Of a DNA stretch of 33,077 nt, positions 6,952 to 15,160 are shown in pieces. A program made the translations under genes and the position numbers. The DNA is taken from positions 1-33,077 of the forward strand of contig BTVJ01000084.1 of assembly GCA_045863395.1 (NCBI GenBank). Direction: 5' to 3'. The notes beneath the pieces are model-generated. The model was not told the DNA's origin. It saw nothing but the letters and a program-made list of their open reading frames with translations, and searched no databases. The stretch is from Myxococcales bacterium. GTDB lineage: Bacteria; Myxococcota_A; UBA9042; JABWCM01; BTVJ01. How positions within the stretch are numbered: position 1 is the first letter of the stretch; the number at the start of each line of letters is the position of its first letter.

Positions 6952-8781
6952 ATGCCGACGAGATCCCAGATGCGGCGCCTGCGGGAGGTTGAGCGGCACT
7001 ACGAGGCGCTCTTCCCCACTCTCACGCGGTTCGACCTCCAGGCGCGACCGCCTGAGGCGGACGACGACCTCATGGGAGAGCTCCTGGACCACGGGGCGAG
7101 CTCCAGCCTCGTGCTCGGCTTCTACACGCTCGACGGCATCCGACACGGACTGCGCGTCTACGGGTTCATGGACGCGCTCACCCGGCGCGGCTACCCCGAC
7201 GCCCACGTCACCGTGGACGTCAGCGACCCCTGGCGCCACCTGCTGCGCATCTACGCGACGCCGGATTGCGACCCGCGGGAGCTGCTCGTGGACCTGCGGC
7301 TGCGCCTGGCCGAGCGGGCCGCCGGGGACGTGCTGCCGGCAGAGCACCCGAAGGGCCTGGAGGGGTGGCTCGTGGCCGAGTGGCTGGTGCTCCAGAGCCC
7401 GAAGGGGTGCTTCGACGCCCGGCGGGGGCTGGTGCCGCTGCCCGGGCAGCGGTGTCCGGGGCTGGGGCTCGGCGCCGAGATGATGGCGCTCCTCGAGCGC
7501 ATCGCCACGCGCCTCGGCAAGCGCGGCATCCTCGCCCACCCGAGCTGGGTCCACAACGCCGTGATGTACCGCCCTCGCTTCCGCTTCGTGGACCCGGCGG
7601 TGCAGGGGCGCTTCGACGCCCTGCGACGAGACACGGCGGCGCTGACCCTGGCGGAGCTGTCCTGGGCGGTGGAGCTCGGGTGCATCGACGATCTGCGGGC
7701 AGGCGCGCCGTGGGAGTGGCGGGGAGACGAGATGGTGCTCCCGCTGACGGAGGCGGACCGCGCCCCCATGGAAGGCACCGCGTGGCGGGAGGCCCGGGCT
7801 GAGGCACGTGAGAGCGCCTCCTTTGCGCTGGACGAGGCCCGCTTCGCGCGGCGCCTCGCGGAGCCGGACGACGACCCCGCACCGAGCCGCGAGGAGCTGC
7901 GCCGCTACGGCATGTCCCCCAACGTCCGCTCGGTCCTGGTGCCCCTCGATCTGAGCGGGCCCGCCAGCGCGGCGCTCCCCGTCGCCGCGTCCCTGGCGGC
8001 GGCGCTCGGCGCGAGCATCCACCTCGGCTACGTGGTGCGAGCCATGCCGCTCTCCGGCGGCGAGGAGATCGAGCCGCCGCAGGGGCTCCTCGACGTGGCG
8101 GACTCGCTGCGGGGCCGCGTCGCCGAGGTCCACGCCTTCGCGCGTCGAGGCACCCCCGCCACCGAGCTGCTGCGCGCGACTGACGTGTGCGGCTTCGACC
8201 TGGTCGTCATGTCCCTGGGCAGCGTCAACCCGCTACTGGGCCTCGTCGGGGGAGCGACCACGGACCGGATGATCCGCGAGTCGCGCACGCCGGTGGTCGT
8301 GGTACCCAGAGACCTGGAGGGTCCCTGGGACCCTGGGGGGCGCATCGTCTACGCGGTGGACTGGTCCCCGGCCGCTTCCGCGTGCCTGCCGCTGGTCGCG
8401 TCCCTTGCCCAGGTCCTGGCCGCGGCCCTGGACGTGATCCACGTGGTCAGCCTGCCACCGGACGTGCCGCTCCCGCCGGTGACACGGGGAGCGCCGGCCT
8501 TCCTGGATCCCCAGGCCATGGACGCGGTCTTCGACAACCCCATCGACCGCTTCGTCGCCCGCCTCGACCGCCTCGCCCCGGACTCCACCTTCGCCCTGGT
8601 CAACCACCCGGATGCGGCGAAGGCCATCCTGGAGCGAGCGGCCGGAGCCAGCCTCATCGTCATGGCGACTCACGCGAGCAGCCTGGTACAGCGCCTGCTC
8701 ATCGGGAGCACCACCGCACGGGTTCTGGAGCAGACGCACGCTCCGGTGATGGTGGTGCCGCCGGACATGTGGGGGGAGTGA
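6952..8781 (+). CDS. Fusion protein: N-terminal uncharacterised GNAT-like domain plus two universal stress protein (USP) domains
   Basis: The C-terminal half has two USP repeats (VLVPLDLS..DLVVM..PVVVVP and IVYAVDWS..LIVMATH..LIGSTTARVL..PVMVVP). The N-terminal half has EWLVLQSP..LPGQRCPGLGLG..HNAVMY. Start uncertain (6931 TTG, 6952 or 6970 ATG). Confidence 0.85.
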   Translation: MPTRSQMRRLREVERHYEALFPTLTRFDLQARPPEADDDLMGELLDHGASSSLVLGFYTLDGIRHGLRVYGFMDALTRRGYPDAHVTVDVSDPWRHLLRIYATPDCDPRELLVDLRLRLAERAAGDVLPAEHPKGLEGWLVAEWLVLQSPKGCFDARRGLVPLPGQRCPGLGLGAEMMALLERIATRLGKRGILAHPSWVHNAVMYRPRFRFVDPAVQGRFDALRRDTAALTLAELSWAVELGCIDDLRAGAPWEWRGDEMVLPLTEADRAPMEGTAWREARAEARESASFALDEARFARRLAEPDDDPAPSREELRRYGMSPNVRSVLVPLDLSGPASAALPVAASLAAALGASIHLGYVVRAMPLSGGEEIEPPQGLLDVADSLRGRVAEVHAFARRGTPATELLRATDVCGFDLVVMSLGSVNPLLGLVGGATTDRMIRESRTPVVVVPRDLEGPWDPGGRIVYAVDWSPAASACLPLVASLAQVLAAALDVIHVVSLPPDVPLPPVTRGAPAFLDPQAMDAVFDNPIDRFVARLDRLAPDSTFALVNHPDAAKAILERAAGASLIVMATHASSLVQRLLIGSTTARVLEQTHAPVMVVPPDMWGE

Positions 8782-8807
8782 GGGCAGGCCCATCGCGCCC
8801 CGGAACG

Positions 8808-11591
8808 TCAGCCTCCCTTGGGGCGCGGAGCGCGGCGGGACGGCTCCACGCGAACGTTTCCTGGGGCACTGAGGTCCAGGACGAGGCGACCGCGGACCGG
8901 GTTGCCCGCGGGGCCCGGGAGAGCGTCGAGCAGGCGGGTCCTGCCTTCACGTAGGAGGCGGTCCGCCTCACCGTCCGACAGGGGGCGGCCGCCCTGGTCG
9001 AACCACACGACGAAGGTGCAGCCGTCTCGCCACCGGGAGCAGCCCCAGCCGCGGTGGCCGCGGATGATCGTGCCCTCGTGGCAGGCCGGGCAGGTGGGCG
9101 GGACGCGGGGCTCCGCGCTGGAGCGGCGCCTTGGCGCAGGGGTCGCGCGGGAGCCGGCAGCGGTGAGGGCGCCCTCCTCTGCATCGCTGGCTGGTGCACC
9201 CGGATCCGTAGACTCCACCCCCGGGAGGAGAGCGGGCGGGGAGGATTTTGATCGCGATGAGCCGGGGCGGGAGGGAGAGGTCGGAGAGGCGCCGGCTGAG
9301 GCGGTGCGCGGGGAGGGCCGACGGCCGTGGCCCCCTCCGCCGGCCTTGTCGTCGAAGCGGAAGGCCACCTGGCCCTGGGCGTCGAGCGCGAGGCGCGCGC
9401 TGAAGCGCTTGCCCGCCTTGCTGCGGAAGCCGTCGAGCACCGTGGACTCCCCGCGGCCCAGTAGGACCTGGACCAGCTTCGCGGTCACCTTGCGGCCCGC
9501 GACCGTCTTGAAGATGACGAAGGAGCACTCACGGCCTCGGGCGCAGGAGAAGGCCCGCGGGCCCTCGTGGACCGGCGTCCCGCAGACGGGGCAGCGACCG
9601 AGAGGATCGGCGCCGCTCGGGGCGCCGGATGTCGCGGCGCCGCCGGCCGCCGTCGTGCGCCGTCGCCGCCCGCCCCCATGGCCCGGGGACGGCGACTCCG
9701 CGGACTCCGAGCCCCCTCCTCCGGGGGCGTCGCCCGCGCCGCGAGCGACGCCGCCCGTCCGTGGGCTCCTCGCCCGCACGGGAGAGGGCGCGGGCGGCTC
9801 CGCGCCCAGGATGGCGCCGACGATGGCGGCGGTGTGCTCGCGCACGCCGGCCATGAACTCGGACCGCGACAGCCGCCCGGCGGCCACGTCGGCGAGGCGC
9901 CTCTCCCAGGCACCGGTCAGCGCGGGGCTCTTGAGCTCCTCGACGGGGACGGCGCCGATGAGCGCCCTCCCGAGCGCCGTGGGCGCCAGGCTCTTGCCGT
10001 CCCGGGCCACGAAGCCCCGGTGCAGCAGCCCCTCGATGATCGCCGCCCGCGTGGCGGGTGTGCCCAGGCCCGCCTCCTTCATGGCGCGGCGCAGCTCCGC
10101 CTCCTCCAGCTCCTGGCCCGCGCGCTCCATGGCGCCGAGCAGCGTCGCCTCCGTGTGGCGCTTGGGTGGCTGCGTCTCGCCCTGGTGGACGCGCACCTCC
10201 TGCGTCACCGCCGGCTCGCCCGGCCGCACGGGGGGGAGGGGCTCGGCCTCGTCCTGGCGCCTCGGTGGGGGCTCCACCGCGAGCCACCCCTCCTGCACCA
10301 CCACCTTGCCAGTGGCCGCGAAGGCGTGCCCCACCACCACCACCTCCACACGAGCGGTGTCGAAGATGGCCTCGGGGTGGAGCGCGGCGAGGAAGCGGCG
10401 CACCACGAGATCGAGCACCTTGCGCTCGGTCGGGGGGAGGGCGTCCGGGTCCGGGCGCCTCCCGGTGGGGATGATCGCGTGGTGGTCGCCCACCTCCGCG
10501 TCGTCCACCACCCGGCCGAGGCGCAGGGGCTCCGCGAGCACCGCCTCTGCGTGGGGGGCCCAGACCCCCACCGCGACTCCCTCGAGCACGTCCGGGAGCC
10601 TCGGCGCCATGTCCGAGGTCAGGTGGCGAGAGTCGGTGCGCGGATAGGTCAGGAGCTTGTGCCGCTCGTACAGCGCCTGCGCCGCCTCCAGGGTGGCGCT
10701 CGCGGAGAGCCCGTAGCGGCGGTTGGCCTCCCGCTGGAGCGTCGTCAGATCGAAGAGCAGCGGCGGGCGCTCCCGGACGGTCTTGCGCTCGACGGACGCG
10801 ACCGTGCCGATCTGCGCGTCGATGGCCGCCGCGATCCCCCCGGCCTCCTCGGGGGAGGGCAGCCGATCCTGCTTGCCCCGGTGCCACGTGGCGACGAAGG
10901 AGCCCGCCTCGACGCCGAAGCGGGCCTTCACCTGCCAGAAGGGCTCGGAGACGAAGGCCTCGATCTCCTCCTCGCGCCGCACCAGCATGGCGAGGGTGGG
11001 GGTCTGGACGCGCCCGACGGTGTAGAGGGCGTCGGATCCCCCCCGACGCCCGAGCAGCGTCAGCGCGCGGGTGGCGTTGAGCCCCACGAGCCAGTCGGCC
11101 TCCGAGCGGCAGCGCGCCGCGTCACCCAGGGCGTCGTAGGCCGAGGCGGGGCGCATGGCGCGCATCGCGTCCCGCACGGCCTGGTCCGTCAGTGACGACA
11201 GCCACAGGCGCTTCACGGGCTTGCGGCACCCGGCGTGCTCGGCGACCAGGCGGAAGATCAGCTCACCCTCGCGGCCAGCATCGCAAGCATTGACGATGGA
11301 GGTCACGTCCCGGGACCGAAGCAGGCGCTCCACGATGCGGAGCTGCTTCGCCCCGCTCTTCACGGGCCGCAGGCGGAAGGGGTCGGGCAGCATGGGGAGT
11401 GTGCCCGCGGACCAGGCCCGCCACGCCGGGTCGTGCTCGTGGGGCTCGCACAGCTCGACGAGGTGGCCGACGCACCAGGTGATCCAGAGGTCGTCGCCTT
11501 GCAGGAAGCCGTCGCCTTTACCCCGCACGCCGAGGACCCGCGCCAGATCGCGCGCGACGGACGGCTTCTCGGCGACCAGGAGGGCGACCAT
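8808..11591 (-). CDS. topB: DNA topoisomerase III (type IA) with C-terminal Zn-ribbon/C-repeat modules
   Basis: AEKPSVA, NACDAGREGELIF, GRVQTPTL, catalytic LTYPRTDS, DHHAIIPT, GLGTPATRAAII. The C-terminus has CPVC..C..C, GFRSKAGKRFSARL and CPAC..GC..C. Confidence 0.93.
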   Translation of the reverse strand: MVALLVAEKPSVARDLARVLGVRGKGDGFLQGDDLWITWCVGHLVELCEPHEHDPAWRAWSAGTLPMLPDPFRLRPVKSGAKQLRIVERLLRSRDVTSIVNACDAGREGELIFRLVAEHAGCRKPVKRLWLSSLTDQAVRDAMRAMRPASAYDALGDAARCRSEADWLVGLNATRALTLLGRRGGSDALYTVGRVQTPTLAMLVRREEEIEAFVSEPFWQVKARFGVEAGSFVATWHRGKQDRLPSPEEAGGIAAAIDAQIGTVASVERKTVRERPPLLFDLTTLQREANRRYGLSASATLEAAQALYERHKLLTYPRTDSRHLTSDMAPRLPDVLEGVAVGVWAPHAEAVLAEPLRLGRVVDDAEVGDHHAIIPTGRRPDPDALPPTERKVLDLVVRRFLAALHPEAIFDTARVEVVVVGHAFAATGKVVVQEGWLAVEPPPRRQDEAEPLPPVRPGEPAVTQEVRVHQGETQPPKRHTEATLLGAMERAGQELEEAELRRAMKEAGLGTPATRAAIIEGLLHRGFVARDGKSLAPTALGRALIGAVPVEELKSPALTGAWERRLADVAAGRLSRSEFMAGVREHTAAIVGAILGAEPPAPSPVRARSPRTGGVARGAGDAPGGGGSESAESPSPGHGGGRRRRTTAAGGAATSGAPSGADPLGRCPVCGTPVHEGPRAFSCARGRECSFVIFKTVAGRKVTAKLVQVLLGRGESTVLDGFRSKAGKRFSARLALDAQGQVAFRFDDKAGGGGHGRRPSPRTASAGASPTSPSRPGSSRSKSSPPALLPGVESTDPGAPASDAEEGALTAAGSRATPAPRRRSSAEPRVPPTCPACHEGTIIRGHRGWGCSRWRDGCTFVVWFDQGGRPLSDGEADRLLREGRTRLLDALPGPAGNPVRGRLVLDLSAPGNVRVEPSRRAPRPKGG

Positions 11592-11683
11592 GGGTCACCT
11601 GTGTAGCATGAGCAGCGCGGAGGGCTCAAACGGTGGGACGCCCCCGGGGTGGGGCAGAGGGCACGGGGTGGGGTGGATCCGCG

Positions 11684-12409
11684 CTACTGGCACTGGGGAG
11701 CGCAGACCTTCATGCCGTTGAACTCGCAGCACTTGCCCGCGCTGCAGTCCCCGTCCGAGGTGCAGGGGCTGCCCACGCCACCGCCACCGCCACCGCCGCC
11801 ACCACCGCCACCACCGCCACCACCGCCACCGACGCCGCTGGTGTCCATGGTGCACGGCTCGCCGCCATACTCGCAGCCCTTGGAGGCGTCGGACTCAGCC
11901 TTCGTGACGGTGAACTTGCTGCCGTCGGGGCAGGTCACCTCGATGTCGCCGCTCGTTCCCGTCTTGATGACGTACTTGTCGCTGTTCTGCGCATCCGTGT
12001 ACGTCGTGGTGCTGGACTGGGTAGCGAGATCGATGCTGGACTCGCCGGTGAAGCAGGTGCTGCCGCCAGCGCCCGTCGCCGTGGTCTTGGCGCCCATGCC
12101 CTCGGGCTTGGTGACGATCGTCGCGCCGTTGGCCCAATTCAGCGTAGTCGTCGTGCCCTCGATCTTGCCATTGCACGCGCCCTCGGGAGCCCAGCAGCCC
12201 TTCGCCATGTTCTCGAGGCACTTGCCGGCCCAGGGGCTGTCCTCGCAGGAGACCGCGCCGCCACCGCCACCGCCGGTGCCGTCACCGCCGGCCCCTCCGC
12301 CACCGCCGCCGCCACCGCCGCCACCGTTGTTGCTCCCGCTGTCCGTGTCGTCGCAGCCGACCCCTGCCAGTGCCAGCGCCATGCACCCGACCATCGCAAG
12401 AACCTTCAT
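11684..12409 (-). CDS. Gly-rich, Cys-rich putative lipoprotein
   Basis: Signal peptide with lipobox (ALAGVG-C), poly-Gly linkers and a C-terminal CTSDGDCSAGKCC..C module. GAGGTG RBS 5 nt before ATG 12409. Codon usage fits this strand. Confidence 0.85.
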   Translation of the reverse strand: MKVLAMVGCMALALAGVGCDDTDSGSNNGGGGGGGGGGGAGGDGTGGGGGGAVSCEDSPWAGKCLENMAKGCWAPEGACNGKIEGTTTTLNWANGATIVTKPEGMGAKTTATGAGGSTCFTGESSIDLATQSSTTTYTDAQNSDKYVIKTGTSGDIEVTCPDGSKFTVTKAESDASKGCEYGGEPCTMDTSGVGGGGGGGGGGGGGGGGGGVGSPCTSDGDCSAGKCCEFNGMKVCAPQCQ

Positions 12410-12453
12410 CACTTCACCTCACTCTCGTTTCAAGTACCCCCACCCCGCGGCAC

Positions 12454-12482
12454 ATGAGAGCACCGCGACCGGTCCTCGTCAA
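12454..12482 (-). promoter_or_regulatory. Possible sigma70-type promoter for the lipoprotein gene
   Basis: TTGACG-N17-TCTCAT with a TG extension; the -10 match is weak. Confidence 0.3.
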
Positions 12483-12544
12483 CTCCGCTCCCTTCCGGTG
12501 ATCCGGGCCGCGGCGACAGACGTCCCCGCGCTCGAGACAAAGCG

Positions 12545-15160
12545 TCACACCACCGCCCCCAGCTCCACCAGGACCCGCAGCGCCAGCTCCCGCGCCGCGC
12601 TCAGCTCCTCCATGCGCCGGATGGTGCCCCGGTGCGCCGCCTCGTTGCGGATGTGCTGGAGGTGGTTCAGGTCGGCCGCCAGACGGCTGACGAGGGCGTC
12701 GTCCTTGCACCGGATCGGCAGCACCGGCTCCAGCGCTACGCCCCCGCTGCGGAGCTGCCGCCCGAAGACGAGCAGGACCATGGCCCAGGCCCGCAGCCCG
12801 TCGATGATGCGGTAGGGAGACTTCTCGATGCGCCCCGTCCTCACCGCGCGACACAGCGCCACGACCTTCTGCACGGGGAGCGCCTCGGGCGTGAAGTCCC
12901 CCGCGCAGTCGAGCAGCGCGATGAGCTCGGGCGCCGCCAGGGCCTCCTCGTCGAGGCCGAGCTGGACGACCCGAGCGCGCATGGCGGTGAGATGGGGGCT
13001 CGCCTCGGCAAAGACCGCGGCCCCGACGGTCTCCTGGAGCACGAGGTCGATGGACTTGACGTACTCCACGAGGATGGTCGACTTGTCCACCCTGTCGTCG
13101 AAGAGGTCCGTCCGCCCCACGGTCAGCTCGGCGTTGCGCAGCACCGACTTGGCCGCCTCCGAGTAGCGCCCGTAGCCGGGCAGCCGCGCCTCCAGGTCCG
13201 CGTCCGCCGTGTGCGCGTCGCCCGCGGGCGCCTCCGGGCTCGGCGCCAGCAGATCCCGCAGCCGGATGGCCGCCGCGAGCACGTCCGGATCCTCGAGCAC
13301 CGGCGGCCTGTCCCGCAGCGCCTCATCCAGACGCTCCAGAAGCTCCCCGGCGCGAAGGCTCCGCAGCACCTTGAGGGCCTCGGGCGCCGTGGCTCCAGGG
13401 CGCAGGGCCCAGTCCAGCAGCTCCCTCGCAACCGCCGCATCCCCGGACGCGCAGAGGCTGTCCAGCGCCCGCTGCGCCAGGGCGGGGATGTCCCCCCGGA
13501 AGGCCGCCAGCAGGGGCTCCCGCAGGCGCTCCGTGTAGTTGTGCCGGCAGGCGGCGATGGCCAGGAGGCGCTCGGTGAAGTCGCCCTGCAGGCACGCGTG
13601 GAGGAGCGCCTCCTGCCCTGCGACCTGGTTGCGAGACAGGATCTGCAGCATGGCCAGCCGCTCTCGCCCCAGCGGAACGACCCCGCTCAGCGCCTCGGTG
13701 GAGGGCAGCTCCCCCACCCGCGCCAGCCCCGCCAGCAGGTGCGCCGTCTCCCCGTGGCCCCGCCGCGTGGCCAGGCGCCGCAGCAGAGCCGGGGCGCCCG
13801 CAGCCCCCAGGTGCGACAGCCCGAACACCGCCGACCCGAACGCGGCATCACCGGCCTGCATGCGCCGCTCCAGCTCCCCGGCGGCCCCGCCGACGCGAAG
13901 CTGCCCCAGGGCCCGCAGCAGGCGGCTGCGCACCTCGGGCGTGGTGACCTGGCGCGTCAGCCGCAGCACCTCCTCACCCACCCGCGCCGCGTGCTCCGCC
14001 CTGGGCACCACCATCCGCGCCTGCGAGACGAGGGCGTTGATCGCCTCGATGCGGGCCGCCGAGTCCTCCCCTCGCTCGACGACCGCCGCCAGACGCTCCA
14101 CCGCCGCCGGCTCCCTGACCCGCGCCATGAGCGCCCGGCTCGCCTCTGCCGGCAGCCCGGCGTGGATCGCAGGGAGCGCCGCGGCGTCCACCTCCCGCAG
14201 CGCGATGGCCAGAGTCGCCGCGGCCTCCGGGTCCCCTCCCCCATGGGCTGCGTCAACCAGGAAAGTCACGTCCTCGGCTACGGTGTCCGGGCCCGCCAGC
14301 GCTGCCCGCACGACGCAGGAGAGGGCCGCCGGCGCGCCCTCCGCCAACACCGAGAACGCCTCCCGCGCCTCGCCCCGGGGGAAGGCCGCCAGCACCTGGA
14401 GCGCGTCGCGCAACGCGTGGGGCCCGGCGCCACGGACACCCTCCACCGCGTCCTCCACGGAGACCCGCGCCCGGACGCGCGCGTGGGCCACGGCCGCGTC
14501 GCGGAGCTGCTCGGCAAAGAAGCGCGCGCGCAGGTCCAGCCCCTGGAGGCGCCGGACGCCTCCCCCATCCGCGAGGCGCCCCGCGGACAGCAGCGCCGCG
14601 TTGAACACCGGCCCGGGCGCCGCGGGGTCCAGCCATCGCTCCACCAGGGGCCACCGCTCCGGCGTCCCCACCACCCCAAGCGCGAGGACGAGGTACTGGA
14701 CGAGGCCCGTGGCCCCCTCCCCCGCCGCCTGCTCCAGGGTCCGGGCCATCAGCGCCGCAGACGGCCAGGACTGCCGGCTCAGCGCCATGATCGCCTCCCT
14801 CCGGTGGGCGGGCTCCCCGCCCTCCACCACGGACGCGAGCAGCTCCCCCACCGCGACGCGGTTGCATCCTCCGAGGGCCACCACCGCCTCCGCCCCGAGC
14901 GCCACGTCGCCCGGGTCGCCCACCGCGCGAATCAGCAGCTCGGTGCCCCGCTCCTGGCCCATGCGCCCCAGCGCGTGGAGCAGCGCGACCCGCGTCTCGC
15001 GCCACGCGCAGCGCTCCCAGACCTCCACCAGCACCCGCGCGGCGTCTGGCGTCCCCAGATCCGCGATCCGTCGAATGGCCCACAACCTCAGCGCCTCGTC
15101 GTCGCTCCCCTCGACCACTCGCAGGAGCGCCTCCACCTGAGCGTCCAGCGCGAACTTCAT
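12545..15160 (-). CDS. HEAT-repeat protein with a C-terminal HEPN-like domain
   Basis: About 650 aa of Ala/Leu-rich helical repeats (e.g. RVALLHALGRMG, RSRLLRALGQL), then LRNAE..DKSTILVEYVKSIDLVL..LNHLQHIRNEAAH. The start overlaps the ftsH stop (ATGA). Confidence 0.85.
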   Translation of the reverse strand: MKFALDAQVEALLRVVEGSDDEALRLWAIRRIADLGTPDAARVLVEVWERCAWRETRVALLHALGRMGQERGTELLIRAVGDPGDVALGAEAVVALGGCNRVAVGELLASVVEGGEPAHRREAIMALSRQSWPSAALMARTLEQAAGEGATGLVQYLVLALGVVGTPERWPLVERWLDPAAPGPVFNAALLSAGRLADGGGVRRLQGLDLRARFFAEQLRDAAVAHARVRARVSVEDAVEGVRGAGPHALRDALQVLAAFPRGEAREAFSVLAEGAPAALSCVVRAALAGPDTVAEDVTFLVDAAHGGGDPEAAATLAIALREVDAAALPAIHAGLPAEASRALMARVREPAAVERLAAVVERGEDSAARIEAINALVSQARMVVPRAEHAARVGEEVLRLTRQVTTPEVRSRLLRALGQLRVGGAAGELERRMQAGDAAFGSAVFGLSHLGAAGAPALLRRLATRRGHGETAHLLAGLARVGELPSTEALSGVVPLGRERLAMLQILSRNQVAGQEALLHACLQGDFTERLLAIAACRHNYTERLREPLLAAFRGDIPALAQRALDSLCASGDAAVARELLDWALRPGATAPEALKVLRSLRAGELLERLDEALRDRPPVLEDPDVLAAAIRLRDLLAPSPEAPAGDAHTADADLEARLPGYGRYSEAAKSVLRNAELTVGRTDLFDDRVDKSTILVEYVKSIDLVLQETVGAAVFAEASPHLTAMRARVVQLGLDEEALAAPELIALLDCAGDFTPEALPVQKVVALCRAVRTGRIEKSPYRIIDGLRAWAMVLLVFGRQLRSGGVALEPVLPIRCKDDALVSRLAADLNHLQHIRNEAAHRGTIRRMEELSAARELALRVLVELGAVV

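Noticed and set aside
11649..12815. 388-aa poly-proline ORF on the + strand
   Set aside because: It is the antisense shadow of the poly-Gly lipoprotein, which has the RBS, lipobox and proper codon usage.
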